From NCBI RefSeq assembly GCF_009914755.1, contig NC_060925.1: a DNA stretch of 64,000 bases; one strand, 5' to 3'. This document shows positions 50,525 through 61,458 of this stretch, piece by piece (position 1 is the first letter of the stretch; each line of letters begins with the position of its first letter). Source of the stretch: the human T2T-CHM13v2.0 reference genome, Homo sapiens. The translations under genes were made by a program, and so were the position numbers. The notes under the pieces are model-generated. The model was not told the origin of the DNA and did no database searches. It saw nothing but the letters and a program-made list of their open reading frames with translations.

Positions 50525-52266
50525 CTGTCTTCAGGCATCTGTTTAACAAAGCACATCTTGCATCGCCCTTAATCCATTTAACCCTGAGTTGACACAGCAC
50601 ATGTTTCAGAGAGCAGGGGTTTGGGGGTAAGGTTATAGATTAACAGCATCCCAAGGCAGAAGAATTTTTCTTAGTACAGAACAAAATGGAGTCTCCTATG
50701 TCTACTTCTTTCTACACAGACACAGTAACAATCTGATCTCTCTTTCTTTTCCCCACATTTCCCCCTTTTCTTTTCGACAAAACTGCCATCGTCATCATGG
50801 CCCATTCTCGATGGTCGCTGTCTCTTCGGAGCTGTTGGGAACACTTCCCAGACGGGGCAGCCTGGCAGAGGTGCTCCTCACTTCCCAGACGGGGTGGCCA
50901 GGCAGAGGCGCTCCTCACTTCCCAGATGGGTTGGTGGCTGGACAGAGGCGCTCCCCACCTCCCAGACGGGGCGGCTGGGCAGAGCCGCTCCCCACCTCCC
51001 AGATGGGGTGGCTGGGCAGAGGCGCTCCTCACCTCCCAGATGAAGGGCAGCCAGGCACAGGCGCCCCTCACTTCCCAGGCGGGGCAGCCGGGCAGAGACG
51101 TCCCTCACCTCCCAGACGGGGTGGCGGCTGGGCAGAGGCGCTCCTCACTTCCCAGATGGGGTGGCGGCTGGGCAGAGATGCCCCTCACCTCCCAGACGGG
51201 GCGGCCAGGCAGAGGTGCCCACTTCCCAGATGGGGCGGCCGGGTAGAGGTGCTCCCCACCTCCCAGACAAAGGGCCACTGGGCAGAGGCGCCCCTCATTT
51301 CCCAGGCGGGGCAGCCGGGCAGAGGTGCTCCTCACCTCCCAGACGGGGCGGCCGTGTAGAGGCGCTCCTCACCTCCCAGATGGGGTGGCCGTGCAGAGGC
51401 ACTCCTGACCTCCCAGACGGGGCTGCCTCATCTCGCAGATGGGGTGGCTGGGCAGAGACGCCCCTCACCTCCCAGACGGGGCAGCCAGGCAGAGGCGCCC
51501 ACTTCCCAGACGGGGCGGCCAGGCAGAGGCGCTCCCCACCTCCCAGACGAAGGGCGGCCAGGCAGAGGCGCTCCTCACTTCCCAGGTGGGGCGGCTGGGC
51601 AGAGGCACCCCTCACCTCCCAGATGGGGCAGCTGGGCAGAGACGCCCCTCACTTCCCAGACGGGGCGGCCATGTAGAGGCGCTCCTCACCTCCCAGACGG
51701 GGCGGCCGGACAGAGGCGCTCCTCACCTCCCAGATGGGGCAGCCGGGCAGAGGCGCTCCTCACTTCCCAGACTGGGTGGCCGGGCAGAGGTGCGCCTCAC
51801 ATCCGAGACAATGGGCAGTCAGGCAGAGATGCTCCTCACTTCCTAGGTGGGGTGGCGGCCGGGCAGAGGCGCTCCTCACTTCCCAGATGGGGGCAGCCAG
51901 GAAGAGGCGCTCCTCCCTTCCCATTTGGGGCAGCCGGGCAGAGGTGCTCCTCACTTCCTCCCAGATGGTGCGGCTGGGCAGAGGCACTCCTCACTTCCCA
52001 GAGGGGGTGGCCAGGCAGAGGTGCTCCTCACTTCCCATTCGGGGCAGCCGGGCAGAGGCGCTCCTCACTTCCTCCCAGACTGTGCGGCCGGGCAGAGGCG
52101 CTCCTCACATCCCAGACGATGGGCGACCAGGCAGAGACACTCCTCACTTCCTAGATGGGGTGGCGGCCGGGCAGAGGCACTCCTCACTTCCCAGATGGGG
52201 CGACCAGGCAGAGGGGCTCCTCACATCCCAGATGATGGGCGGCCAGGCAGAGACGCTGCTCACTTC
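50525..52266 (-). mobile_element. SVA (old SVA_A/B-type): VNTR 50844-52266 plus 3'-truncated SINE-R 50525-50843; no hexamer or Alu-like domain
   Basis: SINE-R reverse complement (gcatctgtttaacaaagcacatcttgca...gacacagcacatgtttcagagagc) retains the gtcgctgtctcttcg segment absent from younger SVAs. GC-rich ~40-bp VNTR units gcagaggcgctcctcacttcccagacgggg. Confidence 0.93.
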
Positions 52267-52527
52267 CTTTTCACCTTCTTGGCTCCAGCTCCTTTTCAGG
52301 CCTCTTGGCTCTTCTTTCCTGTTTGAGAAGGGGGATGCTTCCTCATCCTTGCCACCAGAGTTCTCACACCTGTCCTTACACTTTCCTCAGAAATTTCTAT
52401 TCAGTGGAAATCCTGTTGCTTGGATTTCAATCTTGCCATCTTTACTGATGCTCTCTGGAGCCACTGCTGCAGAAGGGGTGATAGGCTTCAATCGTACATC
52501 ATGGCAAGTAGTGGATTGCTGTCCCTA

Positions 52528-52928
52528 TGTGTCCGGAATTGGTGGGTTCTTGGTCTCACTGACTTCAAGAATGAAGCCGCGGACCCTCGCGGTGAGTGTT
52601 ACAGTTCCTAAAGGCGGCGTGTCCGGAGTTGTTTCCTTCTGATGTTTGGATGTGTTCGGAATTTCTTCCTTCTGCTGGGGTTCGTGGTCTCGCTGGCTCA
52701 GGAATGAAGCCATGGACCTTCGCGGTGAGTGTTACAGCTCCTAAGGCAGTGCATCTGGAGTTGTTCATTCCTCCCGGTGGGTTCGTGGTGAAGCTGCAGA
52801 CCTTCGCGGTGAGTGTTACAGCTCATAAAGGCAGTGTAGACCCAAAGAGTGAGCAGCAGCAAGATTTATTGCAAAGAGTGAAAGAACAAAGCTTCCACAA
52901 TGTGGAAGGGGACCCCAGCGGGGTTGCC
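52528..52928 (-). mobile_element. LTR12 (ERV9) R-U5 portion carried as a 5' transduction
   Basis: tgtgtccggaattggtgggttcttggtctcactgacttcaagaatgaagccgcggaccctcgcggtgagtgttacag...ggggaccccagcggggttgcc. Includes the LTR 3' terminus; U3 is absent. Confidence 0.92.
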
Positions 52929-53207
52929 CTCAACATTCTTAAAGAAAAGAATTTTCAAGCCAGAATTTCATATCCAGCCAAACTAAGCTTCATGAGTGAA
53001 GGAGAAATAAAATCCTTTATAGAGAAGCAAATGCTGAGAGATTTTGTCACAACCAGGCCTGCCTTACAAGAGCTCCTGAAGGAAGCACTAAATATGGAAA
53101 GGAAAAGCCAGTACCAGCCACTACAAAAACATACCAAATGGTAAAGACCATCGACACTATGCAGAAACTGCATCAACTAATGGGCAAAATAACCAGCTAG
53201 CATCATA

Positions 53208-54309
53208 ATGACAGGATCAAATTCACATGTAACAATATTAACCTTAAATATAAAAGTGGGCTAAATGCCCCAATTAAAAGACACAGACTGGCAAATTGGA
53301 TAAAGAGCCAAGACCCATCAGTGTGCTGTATTCTATTCAGGAGACCCATCTCACATGCAAAGACACACATAGGCTCAAAATAAAGGGATGGAGGAATATT
53401 TACCAAGCAAATGGAAAGCAAAAAAAAGCAGGGGTTGCAATCCTAGTCTCTTCTAAAACAGACTTTAAACCAACAATGATCAAAAAAGACAAAGAAGGGC
53501 ATTACATGATGGTAAAGGGATCAATGCAACAAGAAGAGCTAACTATCCTAAATATATATGCACCCCATACAGGAGCACTCAGATTCATAAAGCAAGTCCT
53601 TAGAGACCTACAAAGAGACTCAGACTTCCACACAATAATAGTGGGAGACTTTAACACCCCACTGTCAATATTAGACAGTTCAATGAGACAGAAAATTTAC
53701 AAGGATATTCAGGACTCGAACTCAGCTCTGGATCAAGTGGACCTAATAGACATTTGCAGAACTCTCCACCCCAAGTCAACAGAATATACATTCTTCTCAG
53801 CATCACACAGCACTTATTCTAAAATTGACCACATAATTGGAAGTAAAACACTCCTCAGCAAATGCAAAAGGATGGAAATCATAGCAAACAGTCTCTCAGA
53901 CCACAGTGCAATCAAATTAGAACTCAGGATTAAGAAACTCACTCAAAGCCACACAACTACATGGAAACTCAACAACCTGCTCCTGAATGACTACTGGGTA
54001 AATAACAAAATTAAGGCAGAAATAAATAAGTTCTTTGAAACCAATGAGAACAAAGACACAACATACCAGAATCTCTGGGACACAGCTAAAGCAGTGTTTA
54101 GAGGGAAATTTATAGCACTAAATGCCCACAGGAGAAAGCAGGAAAGATCTAATATTAACACCCTGACATCACAATTAAAAGAACTAGAAAAACAAGAGCA
54201 AACAAATTCAAACGCTAGCAGAAGACAAGAAATAACTAAGATTAGAGCAGAACTGAAGGAGATAGAGACACGAAAAACCCTTCAAAAAATCAATGAATCC
54301 AGAAGCTGA
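53208..54309 (+). pseudogene. Disabled L1 ORF2 APE-endonuclease region
   Basis: Motifs IQETHL, NIYAP, IVGDFN, SKIDH and SDH are present. Frameshifting indels occur near 53250 and 53330 (tattc duplication), with a premature TGA at 54307-54309 and no RT domain. Confidence 0.9.
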
Positions 54310-56574
54310 TTTTTTAAAAAAGATTAACAAAATATTATTCTCTTTTCAAATATATTGATAGCATTGCCCATACAATGAGGTTCCACCTAATGCTGATTTG
54401 AAATTGAGAAAACACTTAACACACAGGTGAAGAGGATTAAGGAAGTTTAACAGTTTCAGTTCAAACCCTCAAGCTCTGAAAGACATCAGGGCCTGAACCC
54501 AGATGTGGCCACAGGCAACTATACAGAGGTTCCTGCATCTAAACCCCAGTGCCTGAAGGCCACTTCCTGGGCTGTGCTTCTCCTGCAGTGTCTGTCTTGG
54601 TGGCTGGTAGCAGCTCTCACCTTGCATCCTGGCCTTCAGACAGATGCCTTCTTTGGACCGTCTGCTGGTTCTTGTTTCTGACATCTGCCTGGTCCCTGCC
54701 TCTCAAATGCTTGGCTCTATTCCCATGCCCAGCTCCAGCACCGAACTATTCCTAAATATTAGGAAGAAAACCCAATTGTGAGAAAGCTGCATTAAAAAGC
54801 AGCACCTTCTAACTGGCCTCTGCTCATTTTGTTGGCATCTGATTGACCACCACTGGGCTGCCAGTCCATGGAGAGGGGTCTTGGACTTTGACGTCCGCTC
54901 TGTTTGGTAACTCATGGACTGCACTCCCAGAGAACAGCAAGGAATGATAGAAATTCTGGGATAAGCTTTGGGATGAGAGAACCACACAGGGTATGGCCTC
55001 AGGCTGGCTTGGATGGGGTTCTGGGTTGCTTTGGTTTTGTGATTAAGCCCATGTTCTGGGGAATCTCACATGAGCTGTTAAATCTGTCACATTTTTGTGT
55101 TTCTAACAAGTGGACTTCCTCAGTGCTCTCCGTGCTCTCCTCAGGAGGACTGTGTGCCCTTTACTCTGTACCTGGCCTTCCAGCAGGCACCGAAAAAGCC
55201 CTGTGAGCTTCTCTCTGAGCGGTGGAGAACTGCACATGTATGGATGTTGCTGCTTCCTGCAGGTGTGGCGGGCCCAGAGCCCCAGGGCCTGTGTCCCTTT
55301 TGATCTGAGCTCCATGAACATGGCACCAGAGGGAGTGTGGGTGGCTGCTTTGCTCCTAGAAAGGCTGAGGTTGGGCCCTTCAGAGCCACAGCTGGGCCAG
55401 CTGCTGCTGGGCTTCCCAGCATGTCACACACTGAGGCTGCCAGCAGAGCACACTGCTCCCTCCATCCTGCCTTCAGGCCAGCAACCGAGGGGCTCTTCCA
55501 AGTTGGTTGAAATCACATCACCCCAGGCGCCTGCATGTGGTGTGACTCCTGGTGTTGCACAAAAGTCCTCAACTGGAACCTGTGCAAGACTTTTAATATA
55601 TGGCTGGGAAAAAGAAAAATGAACGTTCCCAGTATTTTTCCCATTCCCATTCCCTCTTCTACCAAGAAGATTTTAAATGAAGGGGGGTGGGGGGAGCTTC
55701 ATACCAGAGGCAAGTTTGCAGTGAGAATCTCTGAGTCTATTTTTGTCCAGTACCATCTGGACACAAATCAAGAATCTAATTTTTCCCACTACTTTCTCTT
55801 CCCCCCGCCCCCTTTGTACTTTAGCTGACTCTGAGAGCATGAAGCCTGAAACCAAGTCTGGACCACAGAATTCCATTAAAACATAAAGAATAAACAGAAA
55901 GAAAATGTCACTGAGTTCCGTGAAGTATTTCCCCCACCTTCAGGGCCCATGGCAGCCGGGGCCCTGGAACTCCTCCTTCAGGACCTTCCAGATGCACCAG
56001 AAGATGCAGTGAGGCTGGGTGCAAAGCACAGTGGCTGGTCCCTCCTGGTGCCACTTTGTACCTGGAGCTGTGGCTGCAGTGTGCTCTGAGCCCTGGGGCA
56101 GGGATATAAAGTGCAGCCATGTGACAGTCATTAGCCAACCTTCAGTAAGTGCCAACAGACTGCCAGTGGGAAGAGGTCGGTCTGTGAGACCTGGAAACCC
56201 TCTCAGCTTAGCAGCTTCACCAAAGTGACAGAGACCCTTGAGGCAGGCCTGAAATACCAAACAGTTCCTTCCCTGTCTTGGACTATTTCCCCTTCTCCTT
56301 CATGGCCAATGCCCCTGGTCAGCCACAACTTAAGATATTAATGCAGTGGATTTTCTTAACATTATACTAGTGGGATTTGGGTGGATGGGTAGATTTCCTT
56401 TAAAGTCATTTGTGTCAGAGGACTTTGGCTTGGAAATAAAGTACCTGAAGTTCTAGGCCTGATCTTCTGTATAAAAATGAACAGATTTATTCAGGAGCCT
56501 GAATGTTGGAAACTTAGCTCTAAGTTCTGTTGGTTCACCTAACATAACCAGACAAAGATGAATGTGGGGGCTTT

Positions 56575-56815
56575 GTTTTTTGTGTTTTTAATTAGTTTTA
56601 TTTTCATTGATACATAATAGATGTACAAGTTTTTGGAGTACATGTGGTAATTTCATACATTTGTATAATTTGTAAAGATTAACTCAGTGTAATTGGTATA
56701 TCTATCACCTTAAATATTTGTCCTTTCTTTAGCTAGAAACATTCCAATTGTTATCTTCCAGTTATTTTGAAATATAAAATAGACAATTGTAAGCTAGAAT
56801 CACCCAATTGATCTG
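56575..56815 (-). mobile_element. L1MA-type 3' end
   Basis: ttgatacataatagatgtaca...ggagtacatgtggtaattt...ccagttattttgaaatata. Confidence 0.7.
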
Positions 56816-58235
56816 GATTTTTTGGTTGTTTTTAGGAAGACGGGTCTGAAGAAGCAAGGACTGGCAAGTCTGATCCCCCACTCTGATTCTCATTGCTGAA
56901 TGTCTGGGTCTTCCTTGTGTACCTGCTGGGGTGGGAGACTGCTCGCAGCATACCTGGCCTATGACATGCCTAGCTCTCTGGGGTGGATCTTGGACAGGAA
57001 GACTGCTTCTGCCAGAGTAAAGAATATGACGGAGCTCCTCATCCGATGGAGCCTCTGGGAAGAGGCGAAGAGCCAGCTGGAAGCCTGGTGGGCCTCCGCT
57101 GCCAGCAGGACAGATGCATCAAGTCAGGTTTATGGGAGAAGTCTTCCCAGACCACTATGTCCAAACTTCTGTCCATCCTGCTATAACCTCTCCAGTTAGA
57201 TGGATGAAAACCAGACCAGTCAGCCATGGACCAGAGCTGCAAAGATAAGAACCCAAAGAAGAAACAAATGGTGTAGCATTAAGTATTTCTTTCCACTTGA
57301 GCAGAAAAATCGGAGACTAAGGGAACTGGAGGAGTGTGGCCTTTGAATGAGACTTGAGGTGGTGAGACAGCAAGTGAACGTGGGGATACTTGCTCAGAGC
57401 TTTGCTAGAATACCTCATGGTTTACTGGACCTAGGACCTTCTTGATATAGAAATGACCATAAAAAGAAAGCAGACAGATTCCCATGAAGAAAAAGTGACC
57501 TCTCCTCTGAATTCCATGCTTGGAAAAGTACTTATTTAAAGGAAGGAAAAAAGTCTCCAAAGCAAAACCTGGCTTGTTTAGATAACTTGGTCTAGGAACA
57601 TGGCGGAAGCTGAACCCAAGAACATGCCTGCACAGTGCAACTTCTGGGTGGGAGTCAGTTGTCTTTTCTGAGTTCCCTGGACCTGAGAGTGTGACACTGA
57701 GACCAGGGGTGTGGAGAAATCTATCTCATATTTATGACATGTGGTGGGATCTTTACTGAGCATTTCAACCCATCCTGTAGTAAAGAGTGCTGAATCATGG
57801 TGGGTCACCCTTCTAGACTAGAGACAGCCTGGGTGGGTTCACTGGAACCAGCCAAAATGGCCACAGGGCCAGCTTGAGTCTCCACTACAAAGGGCAGGTG
57901 AGGGGAGCAGGAGGTAGAACGTTCACAGGACAGGACGATCAGGAGCAGAGAGTTGCTCTAAGATACGAGCACCAGATGGGGAAATTTAACAGAGTGGACT
58001 GTAGAGTCACTTGGAAGGAAAAATGGAAGAGGATTTTATATTACAGCTGCTGTCAATGGTTCTAACCTTGTAGAAATCTATAGGTAAAAATATTGTGAAA
58101 TTACATATGCCCTTTGTTTTCACTTAGTTTTTAATTTCGCTTACTCTAATTATTAGCTTTTCAATATAGGTTTAAAAAGCAGTTATCAGATTTTTATTAA
58201 TTAAGATAGAAGAAATCTTTTCTCATAGACTATTT

Positions 58236-59430
58236 AGTTTTTTATTTTGAAATTATGTTAAACTTATAGAAAAATTTACAAAAATAGTACAGAGAGTTCC
58301 TGTATATCCTTCAACTAGCTTTCCCTAGTGTTACTGTCATACTTAACAATAATACATTGATCATAAATAAGAAATGAACATTGGTACGACACTATGGGCC
58401 TAACTACAGACGTTATTCCACTAGTATCCTTTTTCTGGCTCAGGATCCAATTCAGGATCTCAAATTGCCTTTAGTTATCACGACTCCCTAGTCTCTTCCA
58501 ATCTGTAATTGTCCCAAATTTTTCTTGACAACTTCAACATATGTTTTTAAAACTTTTTATTTTGAGATAACTTTAAATTCACATGCAGTTGCAGGAAATA
58601 ATACAGAGAGATCCCTATATTCCTCACCTAGTTTCCCCCATTGGTAACATCTCAATAACTATGGCATAATATCACAACTTGGAAATTCACATTGATGAGG
58701 TACATGGATCTTCTTCAGATTTCACCAGTTTCACATGGACCTGTGTGTATCAGTGTGTGTGTGTGTGTGTGTGTGTGTCTGTTTGTATCAGTTCTGTGCA
58801 GTTTTATCACATGTGTAGATTCATATGGCCACTACCAGAGAACAGTTCTATCACAAGGACCCCCAGTGCTACCCTTCTATAGCTATTTCCGTTTATCCCC
58901 AGCTCCCAATCCCTGGCAGCCATTAATTTGTTCTCTATCTCTATAGTTTTGTCATTTCAAGAATATCATATAAATAGAGTTATACAGTATGTAATCTCTT
59001 GAGATTGGCTTTTTTTCACTCAGCCTAATTTTCTTGAGATCCATCCATGTTGTTGCATTGGTCAATAATTCATTCATGTTTCTTGCTAAGTCGTACTCCA
59101 TGGTTTGATGGACCAGTTTGTTTAGGCATTCAATTGTCGAAGGACATTTGCACAACCTCAGTTCTTTTGAAGTCAGTTTTTGTAGAATGTCTTTTGATTT
59201 GAGTTGGTCTGATGTTTTCACATATTTAGATCATGGCAATGCATTATCATCATGAATACCACAAAAGGGCTGTGCCCTTCTGAGTTCATCCTATCAAGGA
59301 GTACATGAAGTCAATATGTCTCATTACTGGTGATATTAACTTTAATAGATTGGTTAATTGGTGTCTGCCAGGTTTTTTTCTGCTGTGAAATTACTGTTTT
59401 TCCTTAGTAAATAATAAATATTTTGGAGGA
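58236..59430 (-). mobile_element. Nested old L1M 3' fragments (L1MC/MD-like; inner copy ~58550-59150) with (TG)n at 58753-58778
   Basis: Two L1M 3' starts (ttttattttgaaattatgttaaacttatagaaaaatttacaaaaatagtacagagagttcc; ttttattttgagataactttaaattcacatgcagttg). The outer element resumes at ~59170. Confidence 0.7.
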
Positions 59431-61152
59431 AATTGCTTTCTTTAACGGAACTTTGATAAATGTGGATGGTGTATTCTTAGCTTTCATATTTATCTTGACC
59501 CACAAGCCTGTGGCTTTCTGGGTCACTTTGTCCAAAGCAGAGCCAGAGCTTGTCATGAGGTATCAGTGATTAGAGGAGGACGCATTATCCAAAGAGGAAA
59601 CTAAACACTCTATGCTTCTTAGAACACATTCTTCAATGTCAAATCTTGATTGAAAAAAAAAAAAAAAGCCCAGCTAAAAATGCTAGCACTGTGGGTGAGG
59701 ACACACTTTTCAATAATTTCCTCTGGTGGGTTACGCACCTGCTTAGATAGCGAAAACTTGTCCCTTTGGAAGTAGATTCAGCTAAAAGTGTGCTGTGGGT
59801 GGCTTTGACTCAGACCTCTGAAGGGAGCAAGGTTGGCCAGTCACCTGCCTAGATGGGGACCCATCTGCTCTGTGTCTCCTGTTATAATGGAGGAGGGGTC
59901 CTTCTCTCACTTGAGAACAACTCTCCCCATTGCCCACCAATGCTTTGGCTCCTATCCTCTTCCTCATTTATGGGAACTTTATGCTATCACTTTTACCATC
60001 TTTCTCTGTTACAATCTATTATCGATCACGGCTTGAACTACAGATAGTTAAACATACTTAAATCTTTCCAGTCTTAAAAGTTATAAGGAATATAAATAAA
60101 GTAAGTAAGTGAGTAAGGAAATCAGTAAGGAGGTGCCCTGAAAATTCCAAGGGGCCCAAAACTCCAAGGACATTTCCACCCCACCTATAAATGAGTGGCT
60201 CAGTGGCCATGTGACCTGGTTTTGACCAAAGTGATGGCAAGATGGGTTTGCTGTGAATGTTTCTTCTTGCTCTCAAATGACAGACACATGGATGGGTTTA
60301 ATCTTTTTCTCCCAGTGGACAGGAACCAGGAATGACAGTCCTGACTTCCACATCAGCCATCCTACAATTGCGATATGAACCAGGTTTAGGATGAAACAGC
60401 CATGTGGATGTTGGAATGGAGAGATGGAAAACATCTAGGCCTTCCAACATGTTAATGTTGGAAAAACAGGATATAGCATGGTTTCAGGTAGACCTAGTTT
60501 GTTCTAGCTCTTGCTCTTACTAACAAATTACTTCATTTCTCTCATTCTCAGCTTCCCTGTAAGATGAGAATAACAATAGTGAGAAGAATTAACATTTGAT
60601 GAGATCTAATTATGTGCTAGGCACTGTTCTAACTCACTATGTCCATTCATTAAATAGTCACATGATCCTAATTAGATGAACACTCTTATTGTCCATGTTT
60701 TAGAGAGAGGAAAAAAAAAGCTTAGAGAAGTTGTTTCTAGCACAAAGTCACAAAGCTAGTAAAAAACGAAGCCAAAATTCCAAACAGATCTTGGGGTTCT
60801 ATCCAACTCCAAGTTCTTACTACTTATTTGGAAGGAGGTATAATTTGAGTCTGAGCCCTTACTATCTAGCACGAGGCCAGGACATGGTAGGTGTTTAATA
60901 AATGTTTGTTGAACAAATGTGGACTCTTCATATACTTTTTGCCAGCATAGAAATTGGGATTTTCCTTTTGTGAGCAGAGAAATGCTGAGAGCTGATTGGA
61001 AAGAACAAGAACTCTGACTGAAGGCAAGTTGTGACTTGTAGTTGGAGAGACTTAATGTCACCAAGCCACCAGTTAGTGGCCTGTTCTATGTCCCTGGAAA
61101 CCCAAGCTGTGCTTTAGGCCAACAAGCTAGGAAATTATAAACAGATCTGTAG

Positions 61153-61458
<306 letters not shown>

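Larger units (their letters stand above)
49901..54334 (+). mobile_element. Internal L1PA fragment (ORF1 3' part, inter-ORF, ORF2 endonuclease), split by a 2.6-kb insertion
   Basis: ORF1p peptides KRNEQSLQEIWDYVKRPNL (49945-) and NILKEKNFQARISYPAKLSF...TKW* (52931-53144). ORF2 ATG at 53208. L1 sequence is contiguous across the TSD. Confidence 0.95.

Noticed and set aside
50844-52266. CRISPR-like array of ~40-bp repeats
   Set aside because: Tandem degenerate units without unique spacers, no cas genes, primate DNA; this is the SVA VNTR.
50712-52642. Many long overlapping ORFs (up to 302 aa) rich in G/R/P/A
   Set aside because: Translations of the stop-poor SVA VNTR in all frames; not genes.
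52596-53144. 182-aa ORF fusing antisense LTR12 to the L1 ORF1 C-terminus
   Set aside because: Accidental in-frame junction at the insertion boundary; non-ATG start and no promoter evidence.
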